A stretch of DNA of 63,796 nucleotides, counting the filler, from Polymyxa betae A26-41 (Eukaryota; Protista; Endomyxa: Phytomyxea), in assembly GCA_003693705.1 (NCBI GenBank). It is 8 parts of 8 records of this genome, joined end to end, with 100 filler letters (N's around TTAATTAATTAA, not from the genome) between each part and the next. Parts side by side here need not be neighbours in the genome. Positions count along the whole stretch, not along the records: positions 36,621 to 43,787 come from RBZT01000264.1; positions 43,888 to 53,841 come from RBZT01000231.1; 6 more parts are not named here. One strand, written 5' to 3'. Positions 38,221 through 50,600 of this stretch are shown here, piece after piece. Position 1 is the stretch's first letter; each line of letters opens with the position of its first letter. The notes beneath the pieces were generated by a model. That model saw nothing but the letters and a program-made list of their open reading frames with translations, did no database searches and had not been told where the DNA came from. A program made the translations under genes and the position numbers.

Positions 38221-39077
38221 CGATTCCTCTCAGAGGTTCTCCTGCGACGTGGAAATACCCCCGCTCTCCCATGATCGGCAGCCCTCCTGATACAGCCGAA
38301 CGAAATTATGAAACCAGAGATAAAGACAATATAATTATAGGTATATTGTTATGGAGGGATAATAGCTTATCAATACACGATATAAAACGGCGCTGATTTA
38401 TTATCAGAAAAATTTAAGAAAATTAGATTAGATTAAGGCCAAAGAAATAATGAGAAAAACAGATTAACCGACTGACATTATAAATATCATTGTCAATATC
38501 ATTTAGAAAAGAAATGACGTTTTGCCTTTCAATTTGGGAGAAATGTTCATGGTATGGGACTGTTATTTGGGAATGGGGTTTTTGAATTGGCATTGATGGG
38601 ACGGGCGTTTGATATGATTGAAAATGGGTTTTGGAAAATATGATATTTGCGAATGGGGGTTTATATTGGGATGGGTATTATATGTTAATGGGTCGTACTT
38701 TAGGGTTTTATATTGTTGCAAACGGTTTTGAAAATGACAAGTGGGATTATATTTTCTGAGGGTGGGAATGTTTTGCGATGATCGAAATGGTATTTTATTT
38801 GGGAGGGAAAACTGGGACGCTCTGTTCATAAACAGCACAATTCTACTCACAGCATCCTCAATAAGGATCAAAGAATGGAATTATCGGCCATTGCTAAAGA
38901 TCTCGTCATGCGATCAGTCCACGACGAAACAATTCTTCACATGGTCAAGACGAGCCTGATCAACATTTCAGAGGACGATCGGAAAGAGATTGAAAACTGG
39001 AACGAATTGCTATAAGAGCACGATCGAAAAGCAAACGAAAAAAAAACGAAGAAAATGTTCATCTAATAACAGACAGG

Positions 39078-39080
<3 letters not shown>

Positions 39081-39112
<32 letters not shown>
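39081..39112. repeat. (GA)16 microsatellite upstream of a small secreted gene
   Basis: Read directly from the sequence. Confidence 0.95.
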
Positions 39113-39115
<3 letters not shown>

Positions 39116-39356
39116 GTTGGCAGAAGAGCGTGCGCGAGACAGAGACAGGGGGGACACTGGGCGCGTACGACTCGGTAGGTAAGTGCCGTACACCTACCAG
39201 TGTCAGGTCTGGACAGCACAAACGACGGATCGTTTTTGCGTGGACACTATATGGGGACGTCCCCTATCGCGAATGAGACGTTGCCATTGCGCACTCCGCC
39301 GCGCACACACAACACCCACAATACACAACACTTTGGTTCTCCTCTCTTCACTCACG

Positions 39357-39587
39357 ATGAAGCTGCTTTCGATCGCGTTCCTGGCCGCCGTCGTGCTCGC
39401 CCTGTTCGCGACCCCGTGCTGGTCCAGCCCAAGCCCAATCCTGCGCCAGCTCGCCGGTAACGTCGTCAATCCTGAATGTACCGATGACGGTGAACTTGAA
39501 GTAAAACCATCCGGACCACCATCTTGCCCAGAATGCGGGGCCCCGGGCTGCCTGTGTTATCAAACCGGTGTTCATATCGATGTCTGA
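39357..39587 (+). CDS. Small secreted cysteine-rich protein, 76 aa (candidate effector)
   Basis: MKLLSIAFLAAVVLALFATPCWS signal peptide; the mature part has C...CPECGAPGCLC; intronless, GC3-rich 5' codons. Confidence 0.75.
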   Translation: MKLLSIAFLAAVVLALFATPCWSSPSPILRQLAGNVVNPECTDDGELEVKPSGPPSCPECGAPGCLCYQTGVHIDV

Positions 39588-41013
39588 ATCACAGCCATGA
39601 TTTCAAGACAACAGACCCGCTGCTGTTTAAATTCCATAAAGCGATCTTGCGTACTAATCATGGCTGTCATCGTACGCATCGATGTATTCGGCACCGAATC
39701 GATTTCCCCCCATACACACCGATTCCGTTTCCGAATAGCGTGACGGACACCTGAGCTCCGAGATTGTTGATTGGGGTCGAAATCTCCCAACCTTTGGGTT
39801 GGAAGGGCGGTTAATAACACGGTCACGCTGTGTCCAATCAAATGCAGGTTTCATCGAGACCAACATTGTCACGTCTCGATTCGGATATTTGAACTTTACG
39901 TTACACAAGTGGCACTTGAACGATGAATGGCTCTACACAGGCGTTGGGCACCTAAAAAACATTTGATAATTTCTTCTGTTACAACAGTGTCCGTAGTGAT
40001 GAATTCGGCGGGTGCGGGGGGCGTACTGGTCCATCGCGATGATGGATTTCGATAGGGGCTTGGTTGGCTGTGTGGTTACGACGGTATTGTTCGAGGGCGT
40101 GAAATTCAGTGTCCGGGCTGTATTGGAGATGGGCGGCGCTGGCCCTGGATACGAACAGGCCGCGATCTCGACGTACGACCGCAATTTGCAGAATGGAAAT
40201 GTGATGAGGCGACGCCCCATCCCATCTGTCGTCCGATGAAAACGGCGATTTTCTGGACAGCGTCATCACGCTCGCTCGTTACGAATTTGCGAATCTTCAG
40301 ATTTGGCGTCCAGATATTCTAAAACGCTCTCAAAGAACTAAAGCGGTTTTTGCGAACTCCAACAAATGGTGAATCCAAATCGCCCGAAAACGCTTCTCGG
40401 ATTAAAGGCCCGGATGGCTTTGCATTGCCTTCGATTTGTATTCGGAGTATTTCATCGCTGCTGTTGGGTGAGCCGGTATTATCCACGACATTCTTCAAGC
40501 TCAGGAGGCGCTCAATCTATTGAACCTGGAGACCGAGTCCCGAACGTCGTTTTCAGAAAAGTTCGGGGAATTCTGCATCGAACGAGGCACGATGGACGAT
40601 GAATGACGAAATGGCTCAATTCAGGTGCCCAGACAAGTCCTGGTGAAGAGGGTGCGTTTCGCTTGCAGATAGGATGTCGAGTCAGATGTGACAATGTTTG
40701 GAGGCAATCTCTATCATGCTCTCCAGATACCTGTGGTTGTATTTTCGCCATGTCAAACAGAAGACGGGGTTTAGGAAATACAAACAAGTACAAAGCAATC
40801 AGAAGTGTTCTGAAAGTTATTCCCAGTTATGAAGTTGTCATGACAGAACAGCAGAAATTAGTTTATCTATTAAGCAAAGCCTGAATGAGTTTAGCATGAA
40901 CTTCGCCACGATGGTTTGAGGAATGAAGACCATTGAGAATCAGAATGAGATAAGGCTTAAGATAACATACAGAATGTGAACCTAAAAATCATGACTATAA
41001 TCAGCCCATAATA

Positions 41014-41733
41014 CAGTCCTCCCTCTGTATAACGACACAGGCCGGTTATAAAAGTATATGGGATTATGTATTGACTCGCAGCACTTGTTGCACAGATTCG
41101 TTTTTTGAAGGTTTATTTCTCGAATACCGGTAGATACAAAATCAAAGTTTTAGAAACTTCATTAAGTTCTTCTGGCTTGGGGGCTATCCCGAAAAGTGCT
41201 TAACAAATATTCAATGCACTGCGATTTGTCGTCGTTAAGGTCAGTTTTCTCACAATTTTTTTAATCAGGTGAATGTGCATGATTCTTGTACTTCCTATGG
41301 TCTCATACAATGCCAGAAACCCAATCGTTCAGAAACCAGCTCTGCGATTCTAGTTTTTTTCCTATGTAATGTTATCATTGGACACTCGGCAAATCAGCAG
41401 TTTTTTCGGCAATTTCGAACGGCTCTCTCTTTCTCGAAGGAGTAGGGGCCATGAGAAGGAAAGGGTCTGAGCGCCAGACGCAATGCTAGCCCTCCCAGCT
41501 GGCTAGTCTAAGAGTGACGAGGCAATGGTAGAAAATCAAGTTTGTATTTTTAATGATCGAGATGAGAGTCAAAGAGCCCAGTTAGAATCTCCATCTGACA
41601 GATATGGGCCGCGCCGCCATGTCATTGATGTGGTTGTAGAGAATCTATAGAACAATATCCGTACAAGGTAACATTATCGGGCTTCTATGGAGATGTCGTT
41701 ATAAAGAGTGTCGTTATAGAGAGGAAAGGACTG
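41014..41733. mobile_element. Non-autonomous Tc1/pogo-type element (MITE-like), 720 bp
   Basis: Imperfect TIRs CAGTCCTCCCTCTGTATAACGACA / CAGTCCTTTCCTCTCTATAACGACA, TA on both sides, no ORF. Confidence 0.75.
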
Positions 41734-43577
41734 TAATGTCAAAGCGTATATGTAATCATGCTCTGCAAACCAGCACTTTGTCATCGGTGATCGTCGCATG
41801 GAATATCAGCATTACGTCAGATCATCAGAATAACCGAAAAGCACTCAAAATAGGCCTTTCGTACAATAAGTTTTGCAGTCAACAGGTGCCGAGCGGGTAA
41901 TCTGAATAGAAGCTTATTGTTCAAGTGGGTGCTTTCCTCAAAAGAAACGATGAAATAGGCAATTCAGTCAACAAAGGTCACCACAGATTTGTCAGTGGGA
42001 TAACCAGCAAAAACATCATTAATTAACAGTTCTTGACAATTCCTCGTGCTCACCTCATTGTTTTTCCCCTCATGGTTTGCCGCAAAGCAGCGTGCGAACG
42101 AGGATAAACCTGATGAGAATTCGATGAAAGCCAACGAAATCTATCAGATTGTAAGGACACGATTGGAAGCTTGCTAAAGGATTATCAAAATCAGGATGAC
42201 ATTGGCTTAAGAAGCATTCACGAGCTTGAAAATCTTCCACCGAATTTCAAAAACATTGATAGTTAAATCGTTCAGAGTACTTTCGTTCGACTCATATAAT
42301 CAAAGCCAGAAACGTTTGGAAGTATGGCTACCTCTGATGATGGTTCGATTTGTTGCCAATCCCGAGAGAACGATTATATACAAAGCGGTTAGGTAGTAAA
42401 CTGAATAGCAGTTGCAAAGGATCTTCTGCAAACATTAACATTAAGGTCAAACATTGGAGAGTAGCGCAACATAAAAGTTTCAGCCCTGGAATTCTATCAA
42501 ACAGTTCATGTAAATCATCAAATATGAAAAGTTACAAGAGTCTCAGTTGTTACCTTCAGGATCCTTGATGCATACGTGGTGACCGTAGCACCAAACGCTT
42601 GAAAGAGCAATTAATTAAGAAGTTACAAACGAGATGCAAAAGCCAACAAAAGCCAATCTCAGAAGGGCAAGTCAGTTCAACAGAGATCGTTTGATGCATT
42701 AAGAAACAGATTCAAGACATTGTCATCATGATAAATGAATTCATTCTCAAAAGCTTACTACTCGTGCTATTTCGCTTCTCCTTGAGCAATCTTGGCTTTA
42801 AAAGTGTCGGTCATCACCCAATAATAGAATGAGCGCAAAAAAGTGTTACTCTGAGAATAGTTTTCGAAAGGTGCCAGCATAAATCGTCAGCAAACAAGCA
42901 ACCAGCATTGCCACTTTGTTATAGGAATTGGGTGATAGAAACCAATTGACCTGAGTTGAATGGTTAAACCAAGCGAATAGGAAGAATGAAGCCAAACCGT
43001 TTCGAATTGGACTTTTCAGTTGAGTCGAGATCAAATCGTAATTATCACGTATTGCCAGATTCAACACCATAATAAATGCTGCTGTGAAACGGGTAATTAC
43101 TGCAACGCCCCGATATCGGTAGTAGGGGATCTGGAATCTATTTGGGCAATTTGCCTAAATTTTCCAGCCATGCGTTTTGGAAAGAGCGCCGTCTGTTGAC
43201 CATAAATCAGCGAGCCAGTCGAATCCAATCCAATCCAATCCGATGCGGCTGTGAAATGTTTTTGTCCAGAAATGCCATCTTTGAAAGCACTTACCGGTGT
43301 CCTCATGAGGAGAGCGGCTGTACGACGGACGGACGCAGGCGATTTGTGGTCATTGCAATATTGTTTAGCATCCTAATCGATGCAATTGGGGGAGTGATAA
43401 TTTCCGCAAAGACAGGTTTTTCCAAAAAAAAAATCAGAATAGAGTACAGGTCGTTCAATACAATGAAATCAGATGCAAGAACGTTCATCATCAGAAACAA
43501 AAAGTTATTTGAAGATTAATATCAACACATTTTTCACAAGTATTATTTTCATTTTTTTCTTTTAAAATTAAAAGTTG

Positions 43578-43778
43578 TTAGGATTTCATAATATTAGAAT
43601 TTCATAATATTAGGAAATCATAATGTTAGTAATGTTAGTATCTCATAATGTTAGAAAATCATAATGTATCTCATAATATTAGAATTTCATAATATTAGGA
43701 AATCATAATATTAGACTTTCATAATATTAGAAAATCATAATGTTAGGAAATCATAATATTAGACTATCATAATAATAG
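43578..43778. repeat. AT-rich tandem array of a 16-bp unit (TCATAATATTAGAATT-like), about 12 copies
   Basis: Read directly from the sequence; ends next to a contig break. Confidence 0.9.
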
Positions 43779-44526
43779 ATATATGATNNNNNNNNNNNNN
43801 NNNNNNNNNNNNNNNNNNNNNNNNNNNNNNNTTAATTAATTAANNNNNNNNNNNNNNNNNNNNNNNNNNNNNNNNNNNNNNNNNNNNCTCTTGCTGGATC
43901 TCGCTGGCCATGATACAAAGATTCAAAGAGGAAGGGACGATGAACAGAGCGCGAACTGGGCCTATAACCAAACAGAACACGAGCGTAGAACACAAAGCAG
44001 AACAAAGGGCGAAGTGATCGCTAGTTTATATATCGGTACAGTTAAGGAGGATCGGTTGACAGATATCTCTAACTCTGGTTATTCGCTGCGGAAATGGAAG
44101 GCCCCAGAATCCTGTTATGTCCGTGGGTAATCTACTGGAGACACACAACGAGGATTTGGAGAGGGTATATTCCCTGATTGTAAAATCCTGGGGGATCAGG
44201 TCGACGGACTTGATGGGTTAGACCAATGACACCGTGGCGGCCTTCCAAGAACATTTTAATAGGGGATGATGTATTTAAATATTGTAAAATTCAGATCCAA
44301 CACCAATCTCTGGGTGAGCTAATCGCAGGCAGAACGATAAAATGAAAAAAAAAACAGAAAAAAATAAAAAAGTATTAAAAAAACAAAAAAATAATTATAA
44401 AAATAACACAAAAAGAACAAAATAAATTGAAAAAATAAAACCGCGTCGTCCCATCGCCGTCCAGAGTGGGAGGCCGCGGTCACTCGCGTTAATTGCGCAG
44501 CCTCGTCGTCGTCGCTCCTTTTCTTC

Positions 44527-45497
44527 ATGTTTGACGCCGTCTTTGTGTTCGTTACCGTGCTGCTTCTGGCCGTTCACGGCAGCCACATCGACGACCTCCT
44601 CGACCTGGTCAGCAGCTCTCTCACGACCCATTACCCGGACTATCCATTGCAGCCCGAACTCCTCCCATATGACACTCCGTCCTAGTACTTCGCTATCGAC
44701 CCGGTCCTCAGCCTCGATAAAGTCAGCAGCGGGATTTGTTACCTGGATATCGCTAACGCCGACGGACTTCCATTCCGCGGCCGCGACATCATCAAGCTGG
44801 CTGAGAATACCGCGTACCTATTAGGCGGCGTTGAAATGCGACTGTTCGATATCTCCGAAGTTTATTGGAAACGTGACAGTTCGGACTCTCCGTTAGTCCG
44901 AACTCCACTGCTGTTTCCGTTACGTTCCAATCCGCATCTGTCGTACTATCACATGCTCGGATATCGCTGCCAACGCTCCGAAGGCGAGTCCGAGATCGCC
45001 TATGCTCGCCAATGCATTTCGAGCCACAGCGCGATCGTATCGTTGCTCGACCAGGTAACGTTAAATGATGTAACATGAAATGTGACTAAGATACGTTACA
45101 GCACGAGTGGACATCCGATATGTTCACCGGACGGAAGCAGTTCACGAAATATTTGGCGGAGTAATTGGAAGACATTCATGCGAAGGTGGCGCAGCCTGCT
45201 TCTACGGCCTGTCTAGATCCGGGTATCGTCCATCAGCTATCAATAGGCCGAAGAATGATCAAAACCCTGTCCGGAGAGCTCGTCCGCATTCTCTGCCTGA
45301 TCTGCTCGATACCGAACTGTCGCGGGTCGGTCACGTCGGCGGCGTTGCGAAAGCCGGAGCGGTATCGTAAACTGCTCAGCAACGAGGAGTTTAAATTGCG
45401 TCTGTATTGGCTGCCGTCGGGGTCGTACCTGGATTCGGATTTCCGGGACAAAACTGTCTCTGTGATGTCCGTATCGGATCTACATAAAATCCAGTAA
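44527..45497 (+). pseudogene. Secreted-protein pseudogene, possible GNAT-like fold; intron 45055-45101; in-frame stops at 44683 (TAG) and 45162 (TAA)
   Basis: Signal peptide MFDAVFVFVTVLLLAVHG. The frame is continuous apart from two nonsense codons. Motif GRDIIKLAENTAYLLGGVEMRLFDISEV...SYYHMLGY. Confidence 0.6.
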
Positions 45498-47633
45498 CCG
45501 AATCTGTTGGGTTTGTAAATCCGTGAAGCTCTTTCCTATCTTTGACATCGAGTCCATTAAAGTCGATGCGGACTTTGGTTGAGTTTCAATATTTTTCTTT
45601 TAAATCTTTAGTTTTTAAATATTACCTTAGAGGAGACACTTGAATCTTTCAAGAAATTCAAAACTCTTTATTCAATTTTTTTATTTTGTGTATTTTTCTG
45701 TCCAATTGTAAAAACAGAAACCGTTTTGTTTGAAAAAGGAAAATCAAATTCATAGATTTTTAGAAACATTTTGCTGAGCTCCAAAACACGATTCTGTTCG
45801 GAGTTGACCAGCTGCAACATTGTCGTCCCCATCGGATTATCGTTAGACAGTGCTGGCTAAGGCAAGCCAGACTTGGATTTCCAGTATGAGTAAAGAAATC
45901 GCCGTGGCTTGTAGTTGTAGACATCGCGAACTTCCCTTTTCTGTTGCGATATTTTATCGACAGTTTGCAGACTATCTCGTGCTGACTTTCTGCTCTTGAA
46001 TATACCATTGAAATCTTCAAGTCAGTTCCTGACTTGCCTTGCGTTAGCATTGAAGTGTTCTCTTCCGTAGAGTCCAAAATGTCCGTATTTTTTGCAAAAA
46101 TTTGCAAAAAAAGATGATGGAATCGCCTGCATCTCTTGAGAGGTTGATTTCGTGCAGTTTAAGGGTCGATTGTCATTTGAAAACCCCATTTTAAGGGTCG
46201 GTTGTCATCTGGAAAAAACATTGAAAATTTACTGTTTGATTCATTGTCGGTTTTTCTGCAATGTTTCCTAATTTTTAAAAGCTTCGTTATTTGGGCTTTA
46301 TCAAGGGGGATTACCTGCACTGGTTTTTTGTGAAATCTTTTGCAGTTGATCTGTATGAGGTCATTGAAATCGGTTTCTGAACTGAACGCCGTGAATGTCC
46401 TAATGCATTTTAGGGCCTCATTTCCCGTTTTCCGTCTATAGCCAGGAGCTGGCTCGAACAAATTCTGTTAGAGACTACCCGGAACCGAAATACCCTGAAT
46501 TCAACACATCCGTGAGTAGTAGCAGCGGATTTATTACCCGGAGTTATTAGTTAGGCAGATATCAACTAAAGTGTTTAGTTGCCCGGTTTTTTCGAGGTTT
46601 TTCCGCACTGGGATCCGGGTCCTAGACGAAACCTGCGGGCTTTTTATCAAAACGAAATGGATGCGTGGCAGACTGGATTCTTTGAAGTTGACACAGATGG
46701 TATCCTCTTTGATGATGATAGTTGTGGTCATGATTTTGGGAATTCAAGAAGGTCAAAGGGGCGACCTGGGCATGAAACGTTCCCGAAAATTGGAATTAAA
46801 ACTGCTGGGTTTCCACAGGCCGCCTCTGAACGAACGGGCATAACAATGCTGAGATTGTAGAGAGGTAACGAATCCACAATCAGCTTTTTATACATCTAAA
46901 GCTACAAGATCAAAATTTCACCAAGTCCATTTTCTAAGCGTGGCGAAGCTTTTCTTGTCGCTTGACCTCGAACTACGAACGTAGAACAGGCTTTATTGAA
47001 ATACGAAGTGAGCGCTCTCCTCTCGTATTTCACAAAGTATTTCTGTATACATTCGTTCAATATCTTTGGCTCTATCGGGTCATATTGAATTCGAATACTG
47101 CTCTTGTGCATAAGCGGACGACTTTGTTTATTTTGTAAAAATATTTGTTTTTGCTGAATCCAATAGTGGCTTAGAACCCTTATAGTCCCCCCCGTCCAGT
47201 AGGGTTGCTCTATCCAGCAGCTAACTGTGAACTTGACTGTATTTCCTGATAGTCACTCAGGGGCGGATTCCTGGAAAGGCATACAGAGTGATGGAACCTG
47301 CAGATAGATTGACTCGAGATCATCGTTAGGGTTTTAGGTGAGTGATCAAGACCGGACGCCATTTGCTCGAATTCAATCCAATCCAATTCGAATATTTCAT
47401 AAAAAAGGTTTACAGTTTCAAAACAGCAAAAAATTGCTAAAAATCTCTAATTTCGTTATTAATACCACGGAACGGCTCGGGGTTGGTTTGATTTCGGTCA
47501 AGGGCTTGTCTCATTTCAGATTAGAAAATCTGCGAATCGAAAATGCGAAGTCTTTAATAATCTGCATGCTCAATCTCCATCGTCTAATTCGTCAATCTGA
47601 ATCCAGCTGACGCTTGCTGACGAGATCGCCGTC

Positions 47634-50600
47634 ATGCTACTTATACTCGCTCTATCAGCGATTCAGGCGGCCGTACTTCATGCTCATGCGCATCATCCGG
47701 AGCGCGCTCTTCATGTAACTCTACCATTGGTTGTCCTTCTTTGAATGACATCTTCTGCCAGGGTGAACCTCACCAGAACTGCAATCCTGCCATGACCAAC
47801 GACTTTGAGATCGCATTGCAAGGTAATTTTTATTACCTTTGCTGGCTTTAAAATGTTAAACAAGCTCTATTGATGTTCTTTTTAAGACGACGTTTTACTT
47901 CAAGAAACAATTGTCTGCTTTTAAGAGAATGCTTTTAAGAGAATTTGTGTTTCAAAAGTTTTTTTTATAAACAATGTTGTATTTTGGTCAAAAGTCAAAG
48001 CGGAACAAGTTCAAGAAATCTCCCATTTCTTTCAATTCTTGCTGTTTTGTTTTCATGAGCTCAAATCCAGTATTTTTAAAAATCCTTTTTCTGGTTTCAA
48101 CTTCGAATTTGCATAAACTGCTGTTTCTATTCAGGACTTTATTCCGGACTGGACCATCTCGAATCTCGTATCATCGAATGTGTGAATAACGGCGACCTTC
48201 AATCCAACTCGGATATTCTGGAGACCTATCTCGTCACCGAATCTGTCCGTATCATCACCTCCCATCTACAATCCGACGACCTCCTACAACAGTATCAAGA
48301 TCAGTGCGAGCGCGAGTCTCGCTCCGTCCAACCCGATCAGCCCGAATCGGTTCGCGATTACCTGCGACACACGCGGGAATACTGGACCCTGCTGGAGGCG
48401 GTCCTGCACGACCGATCCTCCATGCTGAGGGTCGCGCTGCTGAACGAAGCGGACGCGATTCTGTTCGGATTGGCGTCCTGCGAGCCCGACGCCGTCTTCA
48501 CCGTCGTCAACGCGCTCCGGATCTCGACCTGCGTCGACCAACGCGTGGGCCAGCACGTCCGCGATCTGCAATCGGGGTTCCAACGGAATTCCGGGTGTAT
48601 TCAAGAGATCGCATTGCGAAAGGCGTTTCCATCAGAGTCAGGTAACATTACAATATCTGACTCAGGCTGGACGGGTTTCATGGTCGCCCCAACTGTTGCA
48701 GGCGAAAAGTGCGGCGATCCGGGGCAGCACGACCGTGGGAGACGTTCGAATCTCGATACGGATTCGACCACTATCGAAGAGGTCGACTTGCGAGAGGCGA
48801 TTGCGGCCGAGTCGCGTAATACGTTGCTGATTCTAGGGTTTGGAGATGACGGAAAATTGTAGATCTGGACGTGGGCCAGCACGAGCGTGAATGTGAATCG
48901 CGTCTACAACCGAATACTGAAGCGATTGATGAAGTCGGATTGGAAGCGGCATTCTCAGCTCAGCCGGATACCTTTGTAGACGTTACGGTTGGATCTCCTG
49001 ACCCCTTCACATTTCTAGAAAGGCCGAATGCCGAATGCGGGCTTTCAGCGTCCTGCACTGAGGTGATTTTCTACACTCATTGATCTGGTCGAAACCCTAA
49101 AACCCTAATGGACAGGCCAACGAACCACCAAGCTTCGATATTGTCGAAATCTGTTGCGAACATCCAGATCATCTTGCTCCGACGGAGTCCGCATGCACTT
49201 ATCAACAGCCAACGGGTGGTGATACTGGCCCGTCGCAAGAACCCATGAGACCCCTTCATGATGTTCTTCATGTTGCTGAAACGTCATCAAATGATTCCAT
49301 CATAGCTGTTGATTTGGACGAATTGCCACCGGAGGACCAGTACGACTTCCTCTCCGAGCCGTGTTCGGACCGAGATCGGCTTTCGTTCTTTGTAGAGGAT
49401 CCAGCAAGTGATGATACCGCTGAGATGATGCCGGACGACCAAGACGGAGCCCGATTTGATGGTACGCAAAGCGTAAACCCTAAACCCTAACCTCCAGATT
49501 CATTTCCCCATGCAGATTTTATTATCAATAGGAATTCTGAGACAGAAAGCGTTCAAGAACTGGAGTCCGCCGACAATGCGTGCACGAACCAGTACGACCG
49601 AGTCCGTCTGAATCAGGATTCGGTTCCCGAGAGGAGTCCACTGGCTGCTGTATCGTCGCCCGACGACATCGTCGGGTCCCCGATAGATGACGGTGAGGGT
49701 CTTGGACTACTGAAACCCTAAACCCTAATCCTCCCCTTGCCGAAATCAGATCCTCATCCGGACACAACGCTGCATTCGGCCATCGAATGCGATCAGATGC
49801 TGCAACTCGCCGACCCGCCTGTCCGGGACCAGTACGGCGCCATCTCGGATCGTCCACGGCCTGCCACGGAATGTGAATCATCAGAGGAGAGCTCTGGTAA
49901 ACCGCCATCAGGTGGCAGGTTGCGATGTCTCGCGTTACATGACCCAATCTGTAACATAACAGATCGTCATGAGCATGACGCCTGCATGGCTGCTCTCTCA
50001 CAAGCTCTACTGGATTCGATACCACACACGAAATCTGGTAACGTTTCCATCTGCTGTTTACCGTTAGTCCGCATATTCCACTGACTTAGATTCGTAGAAC
50101 CGTCTCTCATCATGTCCGTTACTGCACACGAGCAGCAGCATGACGTCGAAGAATTGTCCGAAGTTCCCGTTACGGCACCCGTGGAGCAGCATGACGCCGA
50201 ACTGATGTCCGAAGTTCCCGTTACGGCACCCGTGGAGCAGCATGACGCCGAATTGATATCCGAAGTTCCCGTTACGGCACCCGTGGAGCAGCATGACGCC
50301 GAACTGATGTCCGAAGTTCCCGTTACGGCACCCGTGGAGCAGCATGACGCCGAATTGATGTCCGAAGTTCCCGTTACGGCACCCGTGGAGCAGCATGACG
50401 TCGAATCGAGCCTGGCCATGTCTCGGCCAACGACATCGGTCTCTTTATCGAGCTCGAGTGCAGATGCGGCCGGGACCGGTACGACCACGGATTCCGTGCA
50501 GGTTTCAAGCGAGCGGGAGTCAGCTACAGTCCAGACGGCCCTGAATGCGAACAGACATCCGATGAATTCCGCCAAGCAACGTAAAAAGAAAGCGAAACTG

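Noticed and set aside
44683-45164. In-frame TAG/TAA suggesting stop-to-Gln codon reassignment
   Set aside because: RUVBL2 and FARSB end at TAA and have no internal TAA/TAG, so nonsense mutation is the simpler explanation.
45760-47111. Run of minus-strand ORF fragments that might be a LINE ORF1/endonuclease
   Set aside because: No convincing CCHC, GDFN or SDH motifs; cannot be assigned by eye.
50157-50406. Regular repeats resembling a CRISPR array
   Set aside because: There are no unique spacers; the 51-bp unit is in-frame coding sequence in a eukaryotic gene with no cas genes.
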